Under the pieces are notes generated by a model. That model had not been told where the DNA came from. It worked only from the letters and a program-made list of their open reading frames with translations, and did not search any database. Below are positions 6,883 through 14,581 of a stretch of DNA of 32,000 nucleotides, in pieces; position 1 is the first letter of the stretch; every line of letters starts with the position of its first letter. Origin of the DNA: Ruminococcus albus 7 = DSM 20455 (GTDB taxonomy: Bacteria > Bacillota > Clostridia > Oscillospirales > Ruminococcaceae); contig NC_014833.1 of the NCBI RefSeq assembly GCF_000179635.2, positions 1,320,001 through 1,352,000 of the forward strand, read 5' to 3'. The translations under genes were made by a program, and so were the position numbers.

Positions 6883-8712
6883 ATGTCCGAACCAAATATG
6901 ACATCGGAAATTGTATCGCTCCGTAATGAAAACGCTGTTCTCAAGGAAGAACTAGCACTTGCCAATCAGCAGTTAGCGTGGTTCAGAAAGCAGATATTCG
7001 GAAGAAAAACAGAGCAGACATCTGTTGTTATGGAAAAGGAGTTCGGTGTTCAGCTTTCCATGTTCGGAAACAATGAAGAAAAATCCGCAGCTAAATCTGC
7101 CGAAACAATTACTGTTCCCGAACACAAGCGCAAGAAAAAACGCACTCACGATGAATGGATGAACAATCTGCCTGTAAAAGAAGAACATCACAAAATTGAC
7201 AACCCGGTATGCGAAATATGCGGCGCCGAAATGGAAGAACTGACTCCCGAAAAGGCTTACGATGAACTTATATTTACGCCGCCAAAATATCATATCCGCA
7301 GGCATATAGTACATAAGTACAAGTGTCCCGAGTGCGGAGAAAAGCCCGAAGAAAGGGACGAACCTTGTCATATCATCCGTGCGCCATATCCTCACGCTAT
7401 GATCCCGGGAAGCTATTGCTCTCCCGAACTTCTGGCTCATATCATCTACGAAAAATATGCAAAGTCAGTACCTCTGCACCGTCAGGAAAAGGACTTTAAT
7501 TCCAAAAACATACCTCTGCTCAAAGCGACTATGTCTAATTGGGTAGGCACTGCTGCCGAAAAATGGTGTTTGCCGATTGTGGAGAAAATGCATGAGATGC
7601 TTATCGCAGGGCAGATGATCCATGCCGATGAAACGACCGTTCAGGTGCTTCACGAGGAAGGCCGAAAGCCTACCACGACATCAAGAATGTGGGTCTACTG
7701 CAACGGCAAAATGAATGACAGGAGCATCATCATTTTCGATTATCAGCCGACACGAAAGGGTGAGCACGCCTCGAATTTCCTGAAAGGATTTATCGGCTAT
7801 CTTATCTGTGACGGATACGATGCCTACAATGCAGTCGAGGGTGCTAAGCGATGCGGCTGTATGACTCATGCAAGGCGTGGTTTTATTCAGGCTCTTCCGA
7901 ACGACCAAAAGCTGCACAGCACTTCTGTTGCGGCAAAGGCAGTAGAATATTTCAACAAGATATATCACGAAGAAAATCTGCTTGCCGACAGCTCCACAGA
8001 ATACAGATATAAACAGCGCCTTGTGAAGGTAAAGCCTTTGCTTGACGAGTTTTTTGCGTGGCTTGAAAATGTTCAGGTCAGTGGTAAGGGCAAGCTGACA
8101 GATGCAGTAAGATATGCGTTGAATGAACGGAAATATCTTTACACGTTTCTTGAAAACGGAGACGTGCCTATCGACAACAACAGAGCCGAAAACGCAATAA
8201 GACCGTTTGCGTTAGGCCGAAAAAATTGGCTGTTTTCAAATACAGCAAACGGAGCCAGATCAAGTGCAACGCTGTATTCGATCATTTCAACTGCACAGGC
8301 GAACGGTGTTGATGCTGAGAAATACCTGACCGAGCTGTTTTCACAGCCTGCGGGGACGATATTATTACCATGGAGGAAGAAAATGAAACTTAGTAATGAA
8401 GATGCAAAGCTGTTTTATGAACTGTTTTTTCCACTGCTTGACTATGTGAACAGAGAATATCATATACTTCCTGAGGAAGATTATTTCGGGCAAGGAATGA
8501 TCGACCCACAGGACGCTGCGGAGGTTGCCCACTTTTATGGGAACGGACATGGATCATTGATGATTATCTTGAGCGATCGGATCTGCCCGAAGAACACATG
8601 GAGATACTTAAAAGCTGGAAAGGGTGCATCACCGGCAGATTTATCATTGAGCGACATTGGAAAAAGGGATCGGTATTTATATCGATCGATGACAATTCTG
8701 TTTTTCTTGTAA
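6883..8712 (+). CDS. tnpC: IS66-family DDE transposase TnpC, open frame running on into a downstream ORF
   Basis: ATG at 6883 follows GGAGGGG. N-terminal leucine zipper plus WFRKQIFGRKTE, a zinc-finger pair (CEICGAEM...YKCPECGE), and the motifs HADETTVQVL, CDGYDAYN, CMTHARRGF and DNNRAENAIRPFALGRKNWLFS. The usual C-terminal LLPW motif is at about 8365-8376, but no stop follows, so the frame continues to 8712. Confidence 0.85.
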   Translation: MSEPNMTSEIVSLRNENAVLKEELALANQQLAWFRKQIFGRKTEQTSVVMEKEFGVQLSMFGNNEEKSAAKSAETITVPEHKRKKKRTHDEWMNNLPVKEEHHKIDNPVCEICGAEMEELTPEKAYDELIFTPPKYHIRRHIVHKYKCPECGEKPEERDEPCHIIRAPYPHAMIPGSYCSPELLAHIIYEKYAKSVPLHRQEKDFNSKNIPLLKATMSNWVGTAAEKWCLPIVEKMHEMLIAGQMIHADETTVQVLHEEGRKPTTTSRMWVYCNGKMNDRSIIIFDYQPTRKGEHASNFLKGFIGYLICDGYDAYNAVEGAKRCGCMTHARRGFIQALPNDQKLHSTSVAAKAVEYFNKIYHEENLLADSSTEYRYKQRLVKVKPLLDEFFAWLENVQVSGKGKLTDAVRYALNERKYLYTFLENGDVPIDNNRAENAIRPFALGRKNWLFSNTANGARSSATLYSIISTAQANGVDAEKYLTELFSQPAGTILLPWRKKMKLSNEDAKLFYELFFPLLDYVNREYHILPEEDYFGQGMIDPQDAAEVAHFYGNGHGSLMIILSDRICPKNTWRYLKAGKGASPADLSLSDIGKRDRYLYRSMTILFFL

Positions 8713-8921
8713 ACGGCATTGTCAGCAGTTGGGAGGAAATGCTGAGAAATGCACCGATGCCAACTTTGCTTGATGCAGCGCTTCTGCCATTTAAAAATGC
8801 GATCATTTCCGATGGCCTGGTATCTGTTATGCCGATCATATTCGGTCCGAACAGCAAAGCTGATTTCAAAGAAATATACATGGACGCAAAGAGAAATGGA
8901 GAAATCAAAGCCAGAATATGA
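8383..8921 (+). pseudogene. Fourth ORF inside the IS (unknown function); own RBS, apparently frameshifted
   Basis: GGAGGA (8372-8377) lies 5 nt before the ATG at 8383. The frame reads MKLSNEDAKLFYELFFPLLDYVNREYHILPEEDYFGQGMIDPQDAAEVAHF. A second frame then continues more plausibly: LWERTWIIDDYLERSDLPEEHMEILKSWKGCITGRFIIERHWKKGSVFISIDD...EIKARI*, with stop at 8919-8921. The junction is near the T4 run at 8533-8536. Hairpin GCCGGG/CCCGGC at 8929-8949 follows. Confidence 0.45.
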
Positions 8922-9069
8922 TGTTACGGCCGGGTGTTATCTGCCCGGCTGTTTGCTTTTATGATGCGGGGGGTTATACGCTTACGTTAGTGTTTTGATC
9001 CTTCTATGGCAATAACCATACAATTCGGGTGGGCGGTATTTTCTTGCGGAAAAATGAAGTACATACCTA

Positions 9070-9098
9070 TTGATTTTCACACTCGACTGTGCTATAAT
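9070..9098 (+). promoter_or_regulatory. Sigma-A-type promoter for the 9131 gene
   Basis: TTGATT (9070-9075), a 17-nt spacer, then TATAAT (9093-9098) with an extended-10 TGC. Confidence 0.55.
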
Positions 9099-9130
9099 AA
9101 ATCAAAGACCGATGAAAGGAGCCTTGACGA

Positions 9131-10702
9131 ATGGGTATGCTGCTGAATCCGAGTGCGGAAAGTTACCGAATGGCGGTTAATTCAAAGATATACATTGATA
9201 AATCAATGCTGATCTCTGTAATGAATGAGTGCATAAATACATCTCAGCGGTTTGTATGTGTGAGCCGTCCCCGCAGGTTCGGAAAATCTATCACTGCTGA
9301 TATGCTTTGTGCGTATTACGGTCAGGAGGATACCGACAGTCTGTTCAGGACTCTGAAGATATCGGGTTCTCCCGACTACAAAAAATATCTCAATAAGTTT
9401 CAGGTCATACATCTGAATATGATCAATTTTATGGATAAACATGACTCTCTTGAAGGCTCACTGGATTATCTTCAGAAGAGACTTCTCCATGAATTGAAGT
9501 CACAGTTCAGCGGCGTTGACTGCTTTGACTGGAACGACTTACCCTCTGTTCTGGAGGATATCTACAATGCTGTTCATGTGAAGTTTGTATTTGTTATCGA
9601 TGAGTGGGACTGTATTTTCCGCAGGAACAAGAATGATACCGAAAATCAGACTCTTTATCTTGATTTTTTGCGCAGTCTTCTGAAAGACAAGGTGTATGTT
9701 GCACTTGCATATATGACAGGTATCCTGCCAATAAAGAAGTATGGCGAGCATTCAGCACTCAATATGTTCAAGGAGATATCTGTAGCCGATGCAGGTGTTT
9801 ATGCCGAATATACAGGCTTTACCGAAGAGGAAGTCAGGGAGCTTTGCGGCAAGTATGAAATGGACTTCGATGAGGTCAAGCGCTGGTATGATGGATACAA
9901 TGTCAATGATGTATCGATATACAATCCGAAGTCCGTTGTCGAGGCAATGCTGAGCAAGGAGTTAGGCAACTATTGGACGCAGACAGAGACTTACGAGGCG
10001 TTGAAAGAATATATCCAAGCGAATTTTGACGGTTTGCGTGACAAGGTGGTACAGCTTATTGCAGATGAGCCAGTGAAGGTAAATATTCTTAAATTCCAGA
10101 ACGATATGACAAATTTCAGTTCTGCTGATGATGTGCTGACACTTTTGATACATCTGGGATATCTGACCTACAATAAGGCAGACAGAAGTTGCTATATCCC
10201 AAATGAGGAAGTACGGCAGGAATTCATCAACTGCATTGAGGATGGCGGTTGGGAGAATGTCATGTCAGCAATTAGAAGTTCGGAAAGACTGTTGGAAGAT
10301 ACGCTGAAAGGCAATGAAAAGGCAGTCAGTGATGCACTTCGTGAGCTGCATTATCAGAACACTTCGCTGCTGACATACAACAATGAAAATTCTCTGAGCT
10401 GTCTTCTGAGCCTTGCATTTTATTCTGCTAAGAAGTATTATACTATTTTCAGAGAGCTGGAAACAGGCGAGGGTTTTGCAGATCTGGTGTTTATCCCATT
10501 GAAGCATTCTGACAAACCTGCGATGCTGGTTGAGTTGAAATATGATAGATCCGCCGACACAGCGATCCGTCAGATAAAAGAAAAACGCTACCATGGCGCG
10601 TTGACAGAATATCTTGATAAGCTGATCATCGTGGGCATAAACTATGATAAAAATACCAAGGAGCATACTTGCAGGATAGAACGCTTTAATGCCGAAAAAT
10701 AG
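9131..10702 (+). CDS. AAA-ATPase-like domain protein with C-terminal PD-(D/E)XK nuclease domain (DUF1703-type)
   Basis: AAGGAG lies 9 nt upstream of the ATG. P-loop-like SRPRRFGKS, DEWD Walker-B-like motif (FVFVIDEWD), and a C-terminal GFADLVFIP...AMLVELKYD block matching the D...E-x-K nuclease signature. Confidence 0.85.
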   Translation: MGMLLNPSAESYRMAVNSKIYIDKSMLISVMNECINTSQRFVCVSRPRRFGKSITADMLCAYYGQEDTDSLFRTLKISGSPDYKKYLNKFQVIHLNMINFMDKHDSLEGSLDYLQKRLLHELKSQFSGVDCFDWNDLPSVLEDIYNAVHVKFVFVIDEWDCIFRRNKNDTENQTLYLDFLRSLLKDKVYVALAYMTGILPIKKYGEHSALNMFKEISVADAGVYAEYTGFTEEEVRELCGKYEMDFDEVKRWYDGYNVNDVSIYNPKSVVEAMLSKELGNYWTQTETYEALKEYIQANFDGLRDKVVQLIADEPVKVNILKFQNDMTNFSSADDVLTLLIHLGYLTYNKADRSCYIPNEEVRQEFINCIEDGGWENVMSAIRSSERLLEDTLKGNEKAVSDALRELHYQNTSLLTYNNENSLSCLLSLAFYSAKKYYTIFRELETGEGFADLVFIPLKHSDKPAMLVELKYDRSADTAIRQIKEKRYHGALTEYLDKLIIVGINYDKNTKEHTCRIERFNAEK

Positions 10703-10724
10703 GGATTATAAGCCTATAACATCT

Positions 10725-10755
10725 CGCATCAAACGCACATCAAATTCGCATCAAA
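10725..10755. repeat. Three direct CRCATCAAA repeats at 11-bp spacing
   Basis: CGCATCAAA at 10725-10733, CACATCAAA at 10736-10744 and CGCATCAAA at 10747-10755, just downstream of the 9131-10702 stop. Confidence 0.5.
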
Positions 10756-10997
10756 TGGTTTCATCCTATGTGAAATAATAAAAGCCTATGATTATGTTCG
10801 ATATCACTTATTTTCCCGAAAAACAGGGACATAGAAAAAAATAAAGAGACATGGAAATCGGGCGGATTATTCCCGACGATGAAGTCCATCGACTGAAAAA
10901 CGTTGTAATAGCGTAAGGCTTGAGGTCGCTGAGGCGGTTTTTACGACCATCTTACGACCGGTTTAAAGAGAACGCATTTGATATTGTAAATAAAGAT

Positions 10998-11033
10998 ACC
11001 GAAGCTGACTGTAATAGTTGGCTTCGGTTTTTG
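10998..11033 (+). terminator. Intrinsic terminator hairpin
   Basis: ACCGAAGC (10998-11005) pairs with GCTTCGGT (11021-11028) and is followed by TTTTT. It lies about 300 nt after the nearest plus-strand stop codon. Confidence 0.5.
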
Positions 11034-11370
11034 CTTTAGTATCAGATCGTAAGCACAAATAGCTGAGATTTTTGAAGAATCATAATTATTTCTTCGGCAA
11101 TAATATAATTTGACCGTTTTAGGCTAGTGGCTTGATAATAACATAATACCGTACTGCTGACGTTTCTCCATATAGAGAATCTCGAAGGCAAAATAACGCT
11201 CATATAGCTGACCCCAAAATTTGCCCCGATCTGGCCCCAAATTTTATTTTTTATAACGAGTTATGTAGAAATTGCGTGAAAAAGGCAGGTGCCGAAAACG
11301 CTGTAATACAGAGGCTTTGAAGGGTTATGGAGATTTGCGTTTATTTGCCCGGAGATTTCCCGACAAAGAA

Positions 11371-11436
11371 GAGCCCGGCACTACCTTTTCAGGTCTGTGC
11401 CAGGCTCGTTTTCTTGTTGGGGCTTGCAACAGCCCC
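11371..11436 (-). terminator. Two hairpins downstream of the pectate lyase gene
   Basis: GGGGCT/AGCCCC at 11419-11436, and GAGCC(C)GGCAC...GTGCC(A)GGCTC at 11371-11407. The second is followed on the minus strand by TTCTTTGTC. Confidence 0.55.
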
Positions 11437-11463
11437 GATGTCATTTGGTGTAGTTATAATAAC

Positions 11464-13041
11464 TTAAAAACCAGAGCAATTGCCGGACAGCTTAGCGCCG
11501 CCGATGTTGTTCTTGCCGTTCTTGGAAGTGCAGCTGATTATCTTAGCCACACCGAAAGTTACCTTGTAACCCAGTGCGGAAGGAGTGCCGCTTGCAGGCC
11601 AGTTGAAGTTGTACTTCTTGTTGCTGTCGCCTGTGCAGTTCTCCATAGTTACAACACCGTTCTGGTTGTTTCTGTCAAAGCCCGAAGCGTAGTTGCCCTT
11701 AGCAGTGCAGCCTTTGAGAACGTGGTTGAGGGGATCGAGGTGAGCCTTTTCACCGCTGGTCTTGTTGTCAACGCCGCCCATCTTGAAGCCGTTGCCGTCA
11801 CCGTAGATGCCGTCGCAGTAGCCGTTGTAGTTAGCCTGGCAGTTAACGAGGGTAACTGCGCCGTGAGCAGCATAGCAGTCCCAGCCGTCGTCGCTGTTGT
11901 AGTCAGCGATGCAGTTCTCGTAATAGTTGCCTGTGCCCGAATGCAGCTTGTTTGCGAATCCGTCAGCATTCTCGCCCTTAGCATCTGCATTGTGGTGAGA
12001 ATGGCAGCTGTAGAACTTGTTGTTTGAACCGCCGTTGCATACCTGGAAGCCTGCATCCTTGTTATAGCAAGCCTCAACGTTCTTGAAGGTGTTGTTGGAG
12101 CCTGTGATGTACAGACCGTTATCGGAAGCGTTCTTTATGCAAACGTTCTGTACGGTACTGCCGTTGCCCTCGAAAGTAAGACCTCTGCCGTTGCCGCCCG
12201 AAGTAGACGAGAAGTCGATGACAGCGGAGTTCTTGCCTGAGATGTTAACGCCTGCGGGTACCTTTACAGCGCCCGACTTTACTGTGCCGTTGATGACAAC
12301 GGTATCGCCCTTTTTAGCCTTGCTGAGTGCAGACGAAAGGGAGGTGCCGCCGTTCTTTACTTCAAGGGAAGAACCCGAAGAAGATGAACTGCCTGAAGAT
12401 GAAGAACTGCTGCCTGAAGATGATGAGCTGCTGCTTGAAGAAGATGAACTGCTCGACGAAGAGCTGCCCGAAGATTTGCTTGCACCTGCAGAAGTAGACT
12501 CAAACTTGAACTGCTGGCAGGCGAGTCCGTTATAAGTCCACTGATTGATGTTGCCGTTATCGGAGGTTGACCAGCCGTAAACATCTACCGCTTTGGATTC
12601 GCCGCTGTTTTCGGTCTTAAGGCAGTAAACGCCGGAAGAACTCTTGACTACCTTGAATTTCTGAGCGTTAGCGCCGTTGGCAGACCACAGGCGGATATTG
12701 GCTCCATCGGTGTTAGCGCCATTCTCAACATCGAGCATACGTCCGCCTTTCAGACCGCTTCTGATAGTGATAACGTTATTGCCGAGATTGGTGACATACC
12801 ACTTCTGGTTATTGCCGCCGTTGCCCTTATACTGGATAACGTTGGAACCATCGGCATCTTTTTTGCCCGATACATCGAGGTATTTCTGGCTGTTGACGTT
12901 TTTGATATAATACCAGCCATCGGAGATGTAATTGGATGCTGCGAACGCATTCAGCGGTACAGCGGTGGTCAGTGCGGATACAGCAATACCAACAGCTGCA
13001 ACCGCAGAAGTTAATTTTTTTGCAATACTAAATCTTGACAT
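11464..13041 (-). CDS. Secreted ricin-type lectin (CBM13)-polySer-pectate lyase-like beta-helix protein
   Basis: ATG at 13041 follows AGGAGA at 7-nt spacing. Signal peptide ...AVPLNAFA/AS. Three beta-trefoil repeats carry Q-x-W/F motifs (QKW, QKF, QQF). After a 36-residue Ser/Gly linker comes a beta-helix region with NADGFANK, NSDDGWDCY and GNGFKMGG motifs that I recall from PL9-type pectate lyases. Confidence 0.8.
   Translation of the reverse strand: MSRFSIAKKLTSAVAAVGIAVSALTTAVPLNAFAASNYISDGWYYIKNVNSQKYLDVSGKKDADGSNVIQYKGNGGNNQKWYVTNLGNNVITIRSGLKGGRMLDVENGANTDGANIRLWSANGANAQKFKVVKSSSGVYCLKTENSGESKAVDVYGWSTSDNGNINQWTYNGLACQQFKFESTSAGASKSSGSSSSSSSSSSSSSSSSSGSSSSSSGSSSSSGSSLEVKNGGTSLSSALSKAKKGDTVVINGTVKSGAVKVPAGVNISGKNSAVIDFSSTSGGNGRGLTFEGNGSTVQNVCIKNASDNGLYITGSNNTFKNVEACYNKDAGFQVCNGGSNNKFYSCHSHHNADAKGENADGFANKLHSGTGNYYENCIADYNSDDGWDCYAAHGAVTLVNCQANYNGYCDGIYGDGNGFKMGGVDNKTSGEKAHLDPLNHVLKGCTAKGNYASGFDRNNQNGVVTMENCTGDSNKKYNFNWPASGTPSALGYKVTFGVAKIISCTSKNGKNNIGGAKLSGNCSGF
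12367..12474 (-). repeat. Low-complexity Ser/Gly linker coding repeat (36 codons)
   Basis: An imperfect trinucleotide repeat (TCn/AGC codons) encodes SSGS(17)GS(6)GS(5)GSS between the lectin and lyase domains. Confidence 0.9.
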
Positions 13042-13126
13042 TTTAAATTCTCCTATAAAGTCTTGGGGACATTTCATTTCGCGAAAAGAAACTTTCATGT
13101 TGCGCAGATTTGTAATTACAAGAAAA

Positions 13127-13155
13127 ATTATATATCTTAACCAATTATTTTTCAA
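13127..13155 (-). promoter_or_regulatory. Sigma-A-type promoter for the pectate lyase gene
   Basis: The minus strand reads TTGAAA (13155-13150), a 17-nt spacer, then TATAAT (13132-13127). Confidence 0.55.
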
Positions 13156-13368
13156 TGGACAAAACGTGAATGAATATTTCAAAATCGGATAAATACTCGT
13201 TATTGTGTTATATTCTGTTCAAATTTGATTGAAAGATTTTATAAGTTAAGAATAATTTAAAATGAGTTTATATTATATGTTCAATTAATGATAACGAAAG
13301 TATCAGAAAATTTGCGTACAAATGCAGCGGCTGTTACACCTTTTTTTGAAAGAATATTTGATAACCGC

Positions 13369-13398
13369 TTGACGGCGGGTAGTAATTTGTATTATATT
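13369..13398 (+). promoter_or_regulatory. Candidate promoter with no ORF downstream
   Basis: TTGACG (13369-13374), an 18-nt spacer, then TATATT (13393-13398). Confidence 0.4.
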
Positions 13399-13402
13399 AT
13401 CC

Positions 13403-13488
13403 ATAGCGGATCACATGACCTTCTGTTGCCTTTTGTGTAGCAACTTAACTGTAACACAGGTTCATGCTGGTTCGCTATCTTTTTTCTT
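13403..13488 (+). ncRNA. Candidate small RNA or orphan terminator: long imperfect hairpin plus U-tract
   Basis: ATAGCGGATCACATGACC (13403-13420) pairs with GGTTCATGCTGGTTCGCTAT (13459-13478), with G-U pairs and two bulges. The inner arms are GTTGC/GCAAC. TTTTTT at 13480-13485 follows. No ORF or RBS is present. Confidence 0.3.
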
Positions 13489-13549
13489 AATTTGTCTCAC
13501 ATCTATTGTGATCCTACAATTCTTGTCGTGCTTATTCTTGAATTACATA

Positions 13550-13578
13550 TTGACAAGAAGCGTTTAATATGTTAAAAT
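13550..13578 (+). promoter_or_regulatory. Consensus promoter of the small-peptide/ABC operon
   Basis: TTGACA (13550-13555), a 17-nt spacer, then TAAAAT (13573-13578) with an extended-10 TGT. Confidence 0.6.
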
Positions 13579-13693
13579 TAATTTTGCATTTATATAATAA
13601 TGATTGAAAAAAACTTTAGGCTGACTGCTGTTGTTACTACAAGTGTATGTAAAAAGGCTGATCATAAAAGATTCAAAAAAAGGAGATATTATC

Positions 13694-13852
13694 ATGAACA
13701 GACATATCATTATCAGGGCTGTATTAGCGGCAATATGGGTTATAGTGGGTATTGTTGTACTTATAAAAGGACAGATGACATCAGGACTGATATCATTGGC
13801 GATGGGTGCTGCTTTCGGATTCAGTGCTTTCTCTATGTCAAGAAAAAAGTAA
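13694..13852 (+). CDS. 52-aa two-TM membrane peptide
   Basis: AAGGAGA lies 7 nt before the ATG at 13694. The product is MNRHIIIRAVLAAIWVIVGIVVLIKGQMTSGLISLAMGAAFGFSAFSMSRKK, two hydrophobic helices and a basic tail. It ends 9 nt before the ABC ATPase gene. Confidence 0.65.
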   Translation: MNRHIIIRAVLAAIWVIVGIVVLIKGQMTSGLISLAMGAAFGFSAFSMSRKK

Positions 13853-13861
13853 GGAGATACC

Positions 13862-14581
13862 ATGGCTGATCTTCTTCAACTGGCTGAACTTAAAGCCTGG
13901 TATGACCCTGAAAAACAAGTCCTTAAAGGACTTGATCTTATCCTGGAAGAACACAGTGTCATCGGACTTATAGGTCTTAATGGTGCAGGAAAAACTACCC
14001 TTATGAACGTTCTATGCGGACTTCACACGGGTTTTTCAAGTAATGAGCTAAAATTTTCAGGTAAAAATTTCAGTTTCAAGGACAAGGAATTCAAAGAGCA
14101 GAGATATATAGTATTCTCGGAAGACGAGTCCTTTGGATATTTCTCATTTGATGAGTATATCGCTTATGTATTCGGCTGTTATAACAAAAAGCCCGATAAA
14201 ACATATATTGATGAACTGGTGGAAAAGTTCGGTTTTGGTGATTACCGAAGTACTTTTATAAAAGACCTCTCCCTAGGCAACCGCAGAAAGGTGTATCTCA
14301 TCACGGGTTTTGCCCTGAAGCTGCCATTGCTGCTGCTTGATGAACCTGTCAATGGTCTGGATTTCAACAGTACTGAAGCCCTTTATGATCTTATTGCAGG
14401 GTACAAGAAGTTCGGTACAGTGCTGTTTTCTTCCCACATACTGGAAAGTGTTACCCTGACCTCAGATAAGGTATTGGTGCTGGAAAACGGAATAATTGCC
14501 AGAACTTACTCAGGCAGTGATATTACTACTGAAAATATCAGGGATTCGCTGGAGAAAGCGAGCGTGGTGAAAGATGTTTAA
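13862..14581 (+). CDS. ABC transporter ATP-binding protein
   Basis: AAGGAGA RBS. Walker A GLNGAGKTT, signature LSLGNRRKV, Walker B LLLLDEP and H-loop SSH. Confidence 0.9.
   Translation: MADLLQLAELKAWYDPEKQVLKGLDLILEEHSVIGLIGLNGAGKTTLMNVLCGLHTGFSSNELKFSGKNFSFKDKEFKEQRYIVFSEDESFGYFSFDEYIAYVFGCYNKKPDKTYIDELVEKFGFGDYRSTFIKDLSLGNRRKVYLITGFALKLPLLLLDEPVNGLDFNSTEALYDLIAGYKKFGTVLFSSHILESVTLTSDKVLVLENGIIARTYSGSDITTENIRDSLEKASVVKDV

Larger units (their letters stand above)
5981..8985 (+). mobile_element. IS66-family insertion sequence, copy B (complete, 3005 bp)
   Basis: IRL is GTAAGCGTATAACCCCC at 5981-5997. IRR is GGGGGTTATACGCTTAC, ending at 8985 (17/17 perfect, about 21/23 when extended). It contains tnpA-tnpB-tnpC in the canonical IS66 order plus a fourth ORF. 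Confidence 0.95.

Noticed and set aside
1-8985. Reading the two IS66 copies plus the intervening segment as a composite transposon that mobilised the CRISPR fragment.
   Set aside because: The inner flanks carry halves of two different target duplications, and one half matches the outer flank of copy B. That is the signature of inversion between two independent insertions, not of a composite element with matching outer duplications. The outer end of copy A is outside the window, so this cannot be fully excluded.
9131-10702. The AAA-ATPase/PD-(D/E)XK protein as a stand-alone defence gene, because it sits next to IS and CRISPR.
   Set aside because: This DUF1703-type architecture is very common and multi-copy in gut Firmicutes and Bacteroidetes without an established defence role. 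Its adjacency here results from the IS insertion, so context gives no extra support.
11272-12584. Long alternative-frame and antisense ORFs (251, 142, 150 and 75 aa) inside the pectate lyase gene.
   Set aside because: Their composition is low-complexity (A/V/T/L- or E/L/P-rich), which is typical of off-frame reading of a GC-richer gene and of the poly-Ser repeat. The minus-strand gene has a signal peptide, recognisable domains, an RBS and a promoter.
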